A stretch of 64,000 bases of DNA from an uncultured Nitrososphaerota archaeon (lineage in GTDB: Archaea; Thermoproteota; Nitrososphaeria; Nitrososphaerales; Nitrosopumilaceae): contig CAWGPD010000004.1 of assembly GCA_963824385.1 (NCBI GenBank), forward strand, positions 608,001 to 672,000, given 5' to 3'. This document shows, piece after piece, positions 1 through 11,273 of the stretch. Every line of letters starts with the position of its first letter. The stretch's first letter is position 1. The translations under genes were made by a program, and so were the position numbers. The notes under the pieces are model-generated. The model worked only from the letters and a program-made list of their open reading frames with translations, did not search any database and was not told the origin of the DNA.

Positions 1-714
1 GATGATAAAAAAATCATTGGTGTAATATGCCCTCACGCAGGATACGAGTATTCTGGTCCAATAACTGCAAATTCATACTATGCAATATCATCACAAAGAC
101 CTGAGCTGGTGATAATAATTGGGCCAAATCATTGGGGGATAGGACGAGATGTTGCCATTATGAAAGAAGGAGTGTGGAGAACTCCTCTAGGAGATATCGA
201 AATAGATACAGAACATGCAATTGAAATCAACAAGATTTGTAAGTTGATAGAGATAGATTCTTTTTCTCATACAAGAGATCATTGTTTAGAAGTGCAACTT
301 CCAATGCTTCAAGAAATATTTTCTTACAAATTTAAGATCTTACCTTTAATTTTAATCGACCAAAGTCATCATGTTACAAGTGAGATTGGTAGAGCTATAG
401 CGAAAATTGCGAAAATTAAGAAGACTATGATCATTGGTTCTTCAGATTTTACTCATTACGAACCAAATGATTTTGCCCATGCACAGGATAAATCTTTGAT
501 AGAGGCAGTAATTAGCTTGGATGTGGATAAATTTTATAATATTTTACAAGAAAAACAGGTTAGCGCATGTGGGTATGGAGCGATCGCATCTACCATGATA
601 GCTTGTAAGGAATTGGGAGCAACCAAAGGCATTTTGAACAAATACGCTACCAGTGGTGATATAACAGGAGATAAGAGTTCAGTGGTTGGATATGCATCGA
701 TAATATTTGTATGA
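1..714 (+). CDS. MEMO1 family protein (AmmeMemoRadiSam protein B), 5' end outside window
   Basis: Frame open from base 1 (DDKKIIGVICPHAGYEYSGP); GPNH, DHCLEVQLP, SSDFTHYE, SACG and VVGYASI motifs. Confidence 0.9.
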   Translation, partial: DDKKIIGVICPHAGYEYSGPITANSYYAISSQRPELVIIIGPNHWGIGRDVAIMKEGVWRTPLGDIEIDTEHAIEINKICKLIEIDSFSHTRDHCLEVQLPMLQEIFSYKFKILPLILIDQSHHVTSEIGRAIAKIAKIKKTMIIGSSDFTHYEPNDFAHAQDKSLIEAVISLDVDKFYNILQEKQVSACGYGAIASTMIACKELGATKGILNKYATSGDITGDKSSVVGYASIIFV

Positions 715-1664
715 AATCGATTGCATCTGCTCCTGGAAAAATTATCCTTTTCGGTGAACATTTTGTGGTATACGGTATCAAAGCAATACTCTGTTCCATA
801 GACAAAAGAATAACTGCAACCTCACAATTTTTGGATGAAAAGATAATCAGAGTAAGTTCTTCGTTAGGTGAGTTAGATATGAAACTAGACTCTTTAAATA
901 ATTTAGAAAAGATACCTCAAAAATTTATGAAACCATTTTTTTACATAGCAAAGAAGGCAATAGAAGAGAATTCCACTGAGAAAGGCATTGAGATAATTTT
1001 AGAGTCAGAGATACCTGCTGGAGTAGGATTAGGCTCATCATCCGCTGCATGTGTTGCAGCTACGGCTTCAGTCTACGGATTGTTTAACAAGTTATCAAAA
1101 GATGAAGTAGTAAAAAGAGCAATACAGGCAGAGCGTACTATATTTGAACAAGACTCAGGGGCAGATTCGTCTGTTTCTACATTTGGAGGATTAATGTCAT
1201 ATGATCTAAGTAATGGATTTCAAAACATACCATCAAAAAATGATTTGAGTTTTATAATATCAAATTCTGCTCAGATTCACGATACTCAAGATGTAGTAAG
1301 ACAAGTTAGGTATTTTAAAGAAAAAAATGAAGAAATTTTTAGGAAATTATGTGAACAGGAAATTGAGATAGTTTATAATGCAACAACAGCCCTAGAAGAA
1401 AATAACTTAAATAAATTAGGTGCGTTGATGTTAAAAAATCAAGAGTTGTTAAAAAAGATAGGAATTTCTACAGAAAAAATTGATCTTCTAGTAAAAGAGG
1501 CAAAGAGAACTTCCTATGGAGCAAAGATAACAGGAGCTGGCGGAGGCGGATGCATTATTTCTCTCGTAGATGATTCAAACAGAAAAAACACTCTAGACAA
1601 TTTAGGAAAAATTTCAGATTGTTTTTTGGCAAAAATAGATTACAGTGGACTAACCTATACATAA
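711..1664 (+). CDS. mvk: Mevalonate kinase
   Basis: APGKIILFGEHFVVYG, GHMP motif PAGVGLGSSSA, KITGAGGGG. Confidence 0.95.
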   Translation: MKSIASAPGKIILFGEHFVVYGIKAILCSIDKRITATSQFLDEKIIRVSSSLGELDMKLDSLNNLEKIPQKFMKPFFYIAKKAIEENSTEKGIEIILESEIPAGVGLGSSSAACVAATASVYGLFNKLSKDEVVKRAIQAERTIFEQDSGADSSVSTFGGLMSYDLSNGFQNIPSKNDLSFIISNSAQIHDTQDVVRQVRYFKEKNEEIFRKLCEQEIEIVYNATTALEENNLNKLGALMLKNQELLKKIGISTEKIDLLVKEAKRTSYGAKITGAGGGGCIISLVDDSNRKNTLDNLGKISDCFLAKIDYSGLTYT

Positions 1665-1819
1665 AATACGAGATTTAGTTTCAATTGCAAATATTTAGTA
1701 ATTTACAAGACAAGCATTGTTAAGAAAAGAAAACCTAGGTATCATATGTCAAAGAATTTCATTATCACATGAATTCAGTGATATACTTTTTAAAACCGTT
1801 CATAGTACTGGTAAAAATC

Positions 1820-2560
1820 ATGATCTTGATGAAACTTGGAGGTTCAATAATTACTAATAAAGAAAAGCCATTGACGCCCAATAGAAATTTAATCAGAAAA
1901 ATTGCGTCAAGTCTCAAAAATGTAGACGAGTCAATTGTCATAATACATGGCGGAGGTTCTTTTGGTCATCATTGGTCGGTAAAATATAACATGCATACCA
2001 AACCACAAAAATATAGTATCAAAGGAGTTGCCTCTGTAAAAAATTCAATGGTAGAATTAAACAGTATTGTACTACAGTCATTTCTTGAATCTGGTCTAAA
2101 ACCATATTGTTTACCTCCCAGTGATTTTATGATAGGTGGCAAGCCACTGACCAAGAAAGTTGAGGAAATTTCCAATATTGCAAAGACAGGATTGATCCCT
2201 ATTTCTTATGGAGATGCCATGTGGTTTGGGAAAAACAAGTTCTATATCTTGTCTGGAGATAGAATAATGGGAGTTCTTGCCAAATTGTTACGTCCACGTC
2301 TTGCAATTTTCGTTACAAATGTAGATGGAGTATATTCAGATATGAAAAGTAAGAGGCTTTTGAATGAGATTACTAAAGAAATACCGATTATTTCAGAAGT
2401 AACAATGGATGTAACAGGAGGTATGTCTCGTAAAATAAAAGAAGCTTTTCGCATATCTAAAGACGGAACGGATGTTTTCTTTGTAAATGGAAAGATTCCA
2501 AAGAGAATAACAAATGCAATAAATGGCAAGAGTTTTGAGGGAACAATATTCAGAGGATAA
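1820..2560 (+). CDS. ipk: Isopentenyl phosphate kinase (amino-acid kinase family)
   Basis: MILMKLGGSIITNK, IHGGGSFGH, SGD, DVTGGM; lies between mvk and idi; start taken at ATG 1820. Confidence 0.9.
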   Translation: MILMKLGGSIITNKEKPLTPNRNLIRKIASSLKNVDESIVIIHGGGSFGHHWSVKYNMHTKPQKYSIKGVASVKNSMVELNSIVLQSFLESGLKPYCLPPSDFMIGGKPLTKKVEEISNIAKTGLIPISYGDAMWFGKNKFYILSGDRIMGVLAKLLRPRLAIFVTNVDGVYSDMKSKRLLNEITKEIPIISEVTMDVTGGMSRKIKEAFRISKDGTDVFFVNGKIPKRITNAINGKSFEGTIFRG

Positions 2561-2563
2561 ACT

Positions 2564-3203
2564 ATGGAATATCTAATTCTTGTAGATAGTAATGATAACC
2601 AAATAGGAACTGAAGAAAAAGTGAAATGTCACTTACCAAATGGAAAACTTCACAGGGCCTTTACAATATTTTTATTCAATAAGGAAGGAAAATTATTGCT
2701 TACACAACGAAGCAAGGACAAGATGTTGTGGCCAGGAGATTGGGATGGGACAGTAGCTAGTCATCCAAGACAGTCAGAGAATTATATTTCATCTGCAGAA
2801 AGAAGATTACCCGAAGAATTAGGAGTTACATGCAAATTAGATTATTTACATAAATTTGAATATCATGTACCCTACAAGGATATTGGTTCAGAAAATGAAG
2901 TTTGTGGTACTTTAATTGGAATTTTAGATGACTCTTCCAAAATAAAGACTTGTAGAAGGTGAAATTGCAGATTTCAAGTGGGTTACACTTGAAGAATTAT
3001 TATCAGAGATAAAGAATTCACCGAATATTTTTTGCCCGTGGTTATTAGTTGCGCTTTATTTCATACCAGAGTCAAGTCAAAATATCAATGATAAACACAA
3101 AGAAATTCTCAAGATGTGGAATAGAGATGATCTCAAGAGTAAACTTGAAGAGTCATTAAAGTATCATTTTCCAGATCATAGATGGGAGCTTAAAAAAGAA
3201 TGA
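2564..3203 (+). CDS. idi: Isopentenyl-diphosphate delta-isomerase type 1 (Nudix fold); frameshift near 2950
   Basis: KCH..GKLHRAF, ERRLPEELG, ENEVC; other frame continues EGEIADFKWV..FCPW to TGA 3203, overlapping the next ATG. Confidence 0.85.
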
Positions 3204-4182
3204 AATTAGAAACGTTAGCAAAAACAGCATTTACGATAGACTCATTTCTTTCATTAAGACTGTCAGGGGAACCTAGAGATCTATACCAAGCAGCAAGTTA
3301 TTTGATTGATCATGGAGGAAAAAGATTGAGGCCATATATGGTCGTAAAAGGCTGTCAACTCTTAGGAGGAACTGTAAAACAGGCAATACCTGCAGCTGCT
3401 GCAATTGAAATGATACATAATTTCACATTAGTACATGATGATATCATGGACAACGATGAAGTAAGACATGGCGTGCCTACAGTTCATATAAAATTTGGAA
3501 TTCCAATAGGAATTCTTGCAGGTGATTTATTATTTTCAAGAGCGTTTGAAACTATTTCAAAACCTTATCTCCACAAGTCAAATGAAATTGGCATGAGTCT
3601 TGTTACTACATTGGCAAAAGCATGCACAGAAGTCTGTGAGGGTCAAGCACTTGACATCAGCATGGCAAAATCAAATAAAATTCCAAATGAAAGTCAATAT
3701 ATTAAAATGATTGAGAAAAAAACATCGTCATTATTTATAGCATCATGTTCAATGGGAGCAATAACTGCAAACAAAAATTTGTCTGACGTGACCAGATTAC
3801 TACATTTGGAAGAAATCTGGGAATTGCTTTTCAGATAATTGACGATTTAATTGGAGTAATAGGGGATCCCAAGATTACAAAAAAACCTGTGGGAAACGAT
3901 ATTAGAGAAGGAAAGAAATCGCTTCCAATTTTAATGGCAATTAAAAAAGCAAATAATCAAGAAAAGAAGACAATCCTTAACGCATTTGGTAATTCATCTG
4001 TTTCAAAAAGTGAAGTAGAAAGAGCTGTTTCTACAATATCCGCTCTGGGTATAGAAAAAGTAATAAAACAAAAGGCAACATATCATTCCAACATAGCCAA
4101 GAAATCCATATCAGTATACGATGGACCTGCAAAAAAAGAACTACTCTCTTTGCTTGATTTTGTTGTAGAGAGGAGTCTTTAG
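3200..4182 (+). CDS. Geranylgeranyl diphosphate synthase (polyprenyl synthetase); frameshift near 3800
   Basis: GGKRLRP, LVHDDIMD, EGQALD, KKT; second frame has FQIIDD and DIREGKKS. Confidence 0.9.
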
Positions 4183-5888
4183 TTGGATGATGAATTAAAA
4201 AGAGTAATTCGAGGAATTGCTCTTCTTAATGCATCCGAACATGATGGAAAGACTAGGAACGATTCAATCATTTCTAAAGTAATTGGTACTAAACCAGAAC
4301 TTCAATCAAGAATCAAGGATATCATTCCACTTATTTCACAAGAAGTAAATGATGTTAACAAATTATCATTAGAAACCCAAAAAGAGGAACTCGCAAAAAA
4401 ATATCCAGAATTACTCATAGTAAAACCGAAGCATGAGAGAGTAGGTCTTCCACTTCTTGAAGGAGCAGAACAAGGTAATGTAATTACACGTTTTCCTCCA
4501 GAACCCAACGGTTATCCACATATTGGACATGCAAAGGCATCGATAATTGATGAGGAGTACGCAAAAATGTATGGAGGTAAACTCATTTTGAGATTTGATG
4601 ATACGAATCCAGAGAAGGAACGTCTAGAGTACTATGCAGCAATCAAGGTTGGTCTTGATTGGCTTGGTGTAAAGTATGATCTTGTAAAAAATACATCTGA
4701 TGACATGGAAATAATTTACAAAAAGCTAGAGAGCTCATAGATTCTGGTGATGCATATGTTTGCACGTGTGACAAGGAAACAATTAGCAAGAATAGGAGAG
4801 AGATGTCATCCTGTAAGTGTAGAGCGGGAGATCTTAATCAAAATGTATCTCGTTGGAATAAAATGTTTGATAAGTTCAAACCAGGAGAAGCCATTGTTAG
4901 ATTTCGTGGGGATATGAAATCAGAGAATACAGTTATGCGAGATCCAACATTATTAAGAATAATAGATGAATCGCATCCAATCCACAAGGACAAGTATAGA
5001 GTTTGGCCAAACTATGATTTCGCAGTTTCTATTGAAGACAGTATTGATGGAATAACTCATGCATTTAGAACTAAAGAATATGAATTGCGAACTGAGCTCT
5101 ATAACACACTTTTAGACAAACTTGGTATGCGTAAACCAAAGATGATGGAGTTTTCCAGGTTAGAGTTTGAAGGAATGCCTGTTTCTAAAAGAGTACTAAA
5201 ACCTCTAGTAGAGGAGGGAAAAGTATCAGGATTTGATGATCCTAGACTTCCTACTCTTGAGGGATTACGTAGGAGAGGCATAGTTCCAGAAGCCATTAGG
5301 AAATTTGTTATTTCTCTTGGCTTTACTAAATCAGATACTTTACCACCATTTGAAACACTTGAATCATTTAATCGAAAGATAATAGACCCTTCAAGTGTAA
5401 GATTATTCATTGTTTTTGAACCAGTAAAATTAAAAGTTATTAACAACAATCTTACTGATATTGAGATTTCAAATCATCCACAAAATGATATGGGTAAAAG
5501 GAAAATTAAGATAGATGGAAATTTTTTCGTATCGGGTAATGATTCTAATACATTAAAAATCGGTGATGAGGTAAGATTGTTAGAATTATACAATATAAAA
5601 ATAACAAAAATAGGTTATGAAATAGAAGGAGAGATTACTAGTAGTAATTACAAATCAGATATTCCTAAAATTCAATGGATTCCAAGAAATAATCCAGTAA
5701 ACATAGAAGTCTTGATACCAAACATACTCTTCATAAATGACCAATTTAATGAAAATAGTCTTGAAGTTAAACAAGGTATTACAGAACAATACTACTTAGA
5801 GTTAAATGTGGGAGCAGAAATTCAATTCATGAGATTCGGATATTGCAGGAAAGATTCTGCGAATCAGGCGATATATACTCACAAGTGA
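4183..5888 (+). CDS. gltX: Glutamyl-tRNA synthetase; frameshift near 4730
   Basis: TRFPPEPNGYPHIGH, LRFDDTNP, THAFRTKEY, SKR, DDPRLPTL, QFMRFGY. Confidence 0.95.
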
Positions 5889-5893
5889 AGAAA

Positions 5894-6755
5894 ATGAAGA
5901 TTGCAAGATTACTTAGACAAAATATTGAAACATATGCTATTGTTAATGGCGAAAAGGTTTTGACAAGAGAAAGCATGACATCACAAACTGGAATTCCCAT
6001 ACCACAGAATATTAAAGATTTTTTGTTTGATGGATGGTATGATGAAATAAAGACTAATGCAAAAAATTTAAACTATAATGAAAATTTATCTGATTTCAAA
6101 TTTCTTGCTCCCATTCCAAATCCATCTAAAATAATTTGTCTAGCATTTAATTACAAAGATCATGCCAAAGAACAAAATTTGATTCCACCTGATGAGCCAG
6201 CCATAGTTATCAAACCAAGAACAACACTCAATGGAGACTACATCTGATATAGTTTGTCCATCATTTGTCTCAAAGCTTGATTATGAAATCGAGCTTGCTG
6301 TAATAATTGGCAAGGACTGTAAGAACATATCAGAAAAAGAGGCAAAAGAAGCAGTTTTCGGATATATGGTTTTAAACGATGCATCTGCACGAGACATTCA
6401 AGCAAAGGATAAACAGTTTACAAGAGCAAAGGGTTTTGATACTTTTGCACCTTGCGGTCCTTGGATAACCACTGCAGATGATATACCTGATCCACAAAAT
6501 CTCAAAATGATAACCAAAGTTAATGGAGATATTAGACAGAATTCTTCAACATCAAATATGCATCTTAAGGTCTATTCCATCGTATCTTTGTTAAGCAAGG
6601 CTATGACATTGGAAAAGGGCGACATCATATCTACTGGTACTCCTGCAGGAGTCATGCTCAACAAACCAGATGCCATCTTTTTGAAGGATGGTGATAAGAT
6701 TGAAATGGAAATAGAAAATCTTGGCAAACTGCAAAATACTGTGAAATTTGTATAA
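5894..6755 (+). CDS. Fumarylacetoacetate hydrolase family protein; frameshift near 6240
   Basis: KIICLAFNYKDHAKE, DYEIEL, NDASARDIQ, KGFDTF, GDIISTGTPAGV. Confidence 0.9.
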
Positions 6756-6819
6756 TTCAAGATTCTGAAATCATAGAACCAGCATTAAAATTATTAAGAG
6801 TTAAAATTTCTTATCAGAC

Positions 6820-7128
6820 ATGGGAAAAATAATTGTTGGAAAAGTAAGTGATTTCATTCCGGGCAAAATACAAAAGGTTGCAATAGATGGCAAGGATGTA
6901 CTTGTTGCAAATATCGATGGAGTATATTATGCAGTTAATGACACATGTACACATGCAGGAGCAAGTCTTTCTGAAGGAAGTTTGGATGGAACAATCATAA
7001 CATGTGGATGGCATGGAGCAAAATTTGATTGTAAGACGGGCAAGCTTTCTTCTTTTCCTGCCAAGATAAAAGACTTGAATTCGTATAAAGTAATAGTAGA
7101 ATCAGAAAATATCTTTGTAGAAGTATAA
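6820..7128 (+). CDS. Rieske-type [2Fe-2S] ferredoxin
   Basis: CTH...CGWHG motifs, 102 aa. Confidence 0.9.
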   Translation: MGKIIVGKVSDFIPGKIQKVAIDGKDVLVANIDGVYYAVNDTCTHAGASLSEGSLDGTIITCGWHGAKFDCKTGKLSSFPAKIKDLNSYKVIVESENIFVEV

Positions 7129-7175
7129 TGCAAACTTTATAAAATAAGCACAATTAGCATAGACTGGATGTTACA

Positions 7176-7448
7176 ATGGTCGAAAAAAAGGATCCAAATA
7201 TTGACACTTTAAACACGGCCATCACAACTTTGGTTGAAATTGCAGCAAATCCTTCTACTCCAAGAAACATCAAGAAAGATTTGACAGACTTGATTACTGA
7301 ATTAAAAAAGCAAAATTCTCCTGTTTCAGTAAGAGCAGCAAATGCCATAAGCGCTCTTGATGACATATCACAAGACCCTAACATGCCATCATACGTCAGA
7401 GTTACATTGTGGCAGGCAGTTTCTGCTCTAGAAAGAATAAGAGAATAA
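7176..7448 (+). CDS. UPF0147 family archaeal protein
   Basis: PRNIK, VRAANAIS.LDDISQDPNMP..R..LW..VS.LE signature. Confidence 0.85.
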   Translation: MVEKKDPNIDTLNTAITTLVEIAANPSTPRNIKKDLTDLITELKKQNSPVSVRAANAISALDDISQDPNMPSYVRVTLWQAVSALERIRE

Positions 7449-7473
7449 ATTTAGTCTAAATTATCATCATTTA

Positions 7474-8238
7474 GTGAAAATTGAAGATTACCTATCATCA
7501 CTTCCAAGTTCCATAATCAGTGGTGAGGATGTCGAATTATCAGATAAAACATTAAAAGAGATCTTTCGATTTGCAGACTTGGCTGAAAATGACGTATTTT
7601 ACCATCTAGGATGTGGTAGTAGCAACAGCGTTGCAATATCTTTACAAGAGTTCAAGGTAAAGAAAGCAATTGGTATTGACAATAATAAAGACAAGATAGA
7701 ACATGCACAGAAACTTTTTGAAGAAAAGCACATTTCAAATGGATCATTTAGATGTCAGGATGTCACAGTTTCCGATATTAGTGATGCTACTGTAATACTT
7801 TTTTGGTTTTCAGATGAGAAAGTAATTGAAAAAATGATCTCAAAATTTGAAAATCTAAAACCTGGATGCAAGATAATAACTATATGGGGACCTCTTACTG
7901 GATTCATGCCAGATAAGGTAGATTTTCCATATATCCTAAATATTACACCATTCAAGAAAGCAGAATCTCTCAGAGAGCAGATGCTTTCAATATTTAATAC
8001 TGATTGCATAGATTTTGCTGTTGCATGGGAATTTGCTGATAGATATTCAAAAGCTATCGGTCTAAAGAATTCCGAAAATGACAGGTTTTTGACTATACTC
8101 CAGACACTTGTAATATGGATAAACGCAAAAAATCTAGGCATTGCATGTGGGGATGACATACCAGATCCTGTAAAAAGCTATATAGGAATTCTCAAGACTT
8201 TTTTCAACATAGAAGTGGAGCACTTGCTTGACCACTAG
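7474..8238 (+). CDS. Class I SAM-dependent methyltransferase-like protein
   Basis: FYHLGCG motif I, GIDNN, DISDATVI, LKPGCKIIT. Confidence 0.7.
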   Translation: MKIEDYLSSLPSSIISGEDVELSDKTLKEIFRFADLAENDVFYHLGCGSSNSVAISLQEFKVKKAIGIDNNKDKIEHAQKLFEEKHISNGSFRCQDVTVSDISDATVILFWFSDEKVIEKMISKFENLKPGCKIITIWGPLTGFMPDKVDFPYILNITPFKKAESLREQMLSIFNTDCIDFAVAWEFADRYSKAIGLKNSENDRFLTILQTLVIWINAKNLGIACGDDIPDPVKSYIGILKTFFNIEVEHLLDH

Positions 8239-8286
8239 ACTGAATTCTCAGTCATGTTTTTATTTGGAAATGTCATTATAGAATCC

Positions 8287-8637
8287 ATGATGCAAGAAAG
8301 AATCAATATCAATGTATCAGCTATAGATTATGAAAATACCAGTAAAGCAATCATATTGACATTGAGCAATGCGGAAAAAATGGTTCATGGTGAAAATGAC
8401 TTCATAGTAACAGATTCAGAATTTGCTTTTGGATGGCATTTTTATGTGGTTTGTGTCAACAGATCACTTGTAAAGAAGCTCTCTGATCAAATGGGACCAG
8501 ATTTTGAAAAGATAAAGGGAAAAGGTTTAGATCACAAGTTTTTGACTTGGTTGAGTGACAAGGTTAGTCAAAAAAACTTGAAGGTAAAACTAGCCATCAA
8601 AGAAGAGATGGAATCAAGTAAATTTGGAATATTCTAA
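8287..8637 (+). CDS. Conserved hypothetical protein
   Basis: Intact ORF with protein-like composition, co-oriented with upstream genes; alternative start 8254. Confidence 0.7.
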   Translation: MMQERININVSAIDYENTSKAIILTLSNAEKMVHGENDFIVTDSEFAFGWHFYVVCVNRSLVKKLSDQMGPDFEKIKGKGLDHKFLTWLSDKVSQKNLKVKLAIKEEMESSKFGIF

Positions 8638-8660
8638 AATATCAATTATTCAAGCAGAAT

Positions 8661-8671
8661 AAATAAAAAAA
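8661..8671 (-). terminator. Oligo-T tract after tRNA-His
   Basis: aaataaaaaaa on + reads TTTTTTTATTT on the minus strand, immediately 3' of the tRNA. Confidence 0.5.
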
Positions 8672-8744
8672 GGCCCTTGAGGGGAATCGAACCCCTGTCC
8701 GGGGATCCACAGTCCCCTATACTGGCCACTGTACTACAAGGGCC
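8672..8744 (-). tRNA. tRNA-His (GTG), with genomically encoded G-1
   Basis: Minus strand G-GCCCTTG...GGGGA CT GTG GA TCCCC...GTTCGATT...CAAGGGC C; no intron, no CCA. Confidence 0.95.
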
Positions 8745-8850
8745 ACATGAAGAAAATTGTTGTCAGTCCAGTATTAATCTTAACTCAACTGAATAGATAC
8801 CAACTTTTAGGATATTCTAGTAACTTGTTTTTGCTACAATCAGAGATATT

Positions 8851-9904
8851 TTATGGATTAATGATTCCTCGGCCTATTATTTTTCCTTCTTTTAGCATTG
8901 TCAATGCTTCTGTTGCCTGATTAAGTTTAAACTTGTTTGAGATCATTGGCTTGATTATTCCTCTTCGTGCAAGAGAAATTAATTCAATCATATCAGTCAT
9001 AGAACCTGTGTATGATCCCATCAACTTGTATGCCCTAGTAGGCATTGTTACAAGATTTAATTGCAAAGAACCTCCAAATAGACCTACAAGAACAACACGA
9101 GCTCTGCGTCGTAGAATTTGCATATCAACTTCTACGGATTTTGTAGCATTAACAAAATCAATTACAGCATCAGCGCCCAAATTACCTGTTAATTCCATTA
9201 TAGCTTTTACAGGATCTTCCTTGGAGGAATTGATAGTAATGTCTGCACCACTTTGTTTTGCTACTTTTAATTTATCATCATTGACATCTAATGAAATTAT
9301 TTTTGCACCACTAATTGCTTTAGCCAATTGAATACCCATCAATCCAAGTCCTCCAGCACCTACAATCACTACATTATCAGCTGGGTTTAGTTTTGCAGTT
9401 TTAATTGCACCATAGGCAGTAAGAGCAGAACAAGATAAAGGCGCGCATATATCGGTGTCCATGTCATTTATTTTTGCCAAATATTTGTAATTTGGAACAA
9501 GAACATATTCTGCATAACCACCATCATTGTAAACACCCAAAGATCTTGGTTTATCACAAAGATTTTCCTCGCCCACCCTACAAGCAGGACATAGACCTTC
9601 ACCTATCCAAGGAAAAACTAGAACCTTCTCATTTTTTACAAATCCCTCTACATCTTCACCCATACTCTCTACTACTCCGGCAACTTCATGTCCTGGAGTT
9701 AATGGATATTTTACACCTCTATCAGTTGTTTTCATGAAAGAACCTCCAGGTCCCTCATATCCGCCATCCCAGAGATGTATATCACTATGACATACGCCAG
9801 CAGATTCCACTTTAATGAGAACTTGGGAACCCCTAGGTTTTGGAGTTTCAAGAGATTGAATTTCAGAGAGCTTCCTTTACTCGTACTATTCTAGCAGCAT
9901 TCAT
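8851..9904 (-). CDS. Zn-dependent alcohol dehydrogenase; frameshift near the 5' end (~9860)
   Basis: GVCHSD, GHE, CPACRVGEENLC, GAGGLG; N-terminus MNAARIV from ATG 9904. Confidence 0.9.
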
Positions 9905-10074
9905 GCTATGCGTTATCAGTATGTAATATAAGATAGTTTTGTGAATAATGTATATCTTTGAACTATTTCAAAATAATGTGATTTATGATATTTTAGATTA
10001 CAAAATGTACCATATTGATCGCTTCCTGATAATCAGGCGTAAGTTTATTAGAAACAAAAAAAATATCCGCATTC

Positions 10075-10203
10075 ATGAAGTCGAAAGGCTGGTTCATTGC
10101 CATGGGAATTACTACAGTTGTTATCTTTGTAAGCATGTTATACCTTGGTAAAATATGGTGTGTCCCAATGGAAAATGCTCCATGTGTATCTTTCTGGAAA
10201 TAG
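10075..10203 (+). CDS. Small (42 aa) single-TM membrane protein, absent from the ORF track
   Basis: MKSKGWFIAMGITTVVIFVSMLYLGKIWCVPMENAPCVSFWK; TTTATTA TATA-like box ~30 nt upstream; fills an intergenic gap. Confidence 0.6.
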   Translation: MKSKGWFIAMGITTVVIFVSMLYLGKIWCVPMENAPCVSFWK

Positions 10204-10244
10204 ATTAGTCTAGATTTAATTAAAACCTACTCAAAAAGTAAGTT

Positions 10245-11273
10245 ATGAGTTGCTCTGGAGAAACAGTAGAAGTTTCAAATGATTTTATCCAAATTAAGCC
10301 AATGATTTTAGATCAGCTAAAGAAAGCAAAGTATGGAGTTTCAGATCATGGAACTGTTGAGCTATGTCATTGGACAAAAAAATCATTCAAAGATGATGGT
10401 CAGTGTTACAAACACAAGTTCTATGGGATTTCAACTCACAGGTGTATGGAATTTTCCCCAGCTGGAATGTTTTGTGAAAATCGATGTGTTTACTGCTGGA
10501 GGCCAATGGAGTTTTACAGTTCTTTAGAGATGCCACCTGATAAGGTTGCACCGCCCGAGGTAATCATGTCTAATCTAATGGAAGAACGTAAGAAATTGAT
10601 CATGGGTCATTATGGTGATCTAAAAAGCAACAAGGAAAAACTAGATGAATCACTTCTTCCAAGTCATTATGCAATTTCACTATCAGGAGAACCTACTATG
10701 TATCCACAATTGCCTGAGCTTATAAAATATCTAAAGAAACTCCCTGCTACAAAATCAATATTTCTTGTAACAAACGGTCAGGAACCCGAAATGTTGCAAA
10801 GACTAGGTGACGAAGATGCATTGCCTACACAGTTGTATCTTTCGACAAATGCTCCTAACGCAGAAATATTTGATCTAGTAAACAGACCAAAATACAAAGA
10901 TGCGTGGAAGAGATGGAATACAAGTCTTGAATTACTTGCAGATCTTGATACAAGAACAGTATTACGATTCACCTTGATTAAAGATTACAATGCCAATGAA
11001 AAATTAATTCCAGAATATGCACAATTGATAAATCGTGCTAACGTACATTTTATAGAATTAAAATCATACATGCATGTAGGCAGATCTAGAAATAGATTAG
11101 AATATACAAATTCTCCAGACATGTCTGAAATAAGATATTTTTCAAATCAAATTATAAAGCAGAGTGGAATGTATTCAATTATGGATGAAAGTGAGATGTC
11201 TAGAATTGTTGTTCTTCAGAATCAGAATAGATTCATCGACCGCGTGATTTCCTCTTATTCAGATACCAATTAG
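10245..11273 (+). CDS. taw1: 4-demethylwyosine synthase (Taw1/TYW1, radical SAM)
   Basis: CHWTKKS, CYKHKFYGI.THRC, CENRCVYCWR, AISLSGEPT, FIELKSY. Confidence 0.95.
   Translation: MSCSGETVEVSNDFIQIKPMILDQLKKAKYGVSDHGTVELCHWTKKSFKDDGQCYKHKFYGISTHRCMEFSPAGMFCENRCVYCWRPMEFYSSLEMPPDKVAPPEVIMSNLMEERKKLIMGHYGDLKSNKEKLDESLLPSHYAISLSGEPTMYPQLPELIKYLKKLPATKSIFLVTNGQEPEMLQRLGDEDALPTQLYLSTNAPNAEIFDLVNRPKYKDAWKRWNTSLELLADLDTRTVLRFTLIKDYNANEKLIPEYAQLINRANVHFIELKSYMHVGRSRNRLEYTNSPDMSEIRYFSNQIIKQSGMYSIMDESEMSRIVVLQNQNRFIDRVISSYSDTN

Noticed and set aside
4183..5888. Split gltX and other split genes as true pseudogenes or programmed frameshifts
   Set aside because: Essential genes are affected, motifs are intact and no common slippery signal is visible; assembly error is the simpler explanation
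9948..10151. 67-aa ORF from the track
   Set aside because: AT-rich promoter-like sequence overlapping the more plausible 42-aa ORF in another frame
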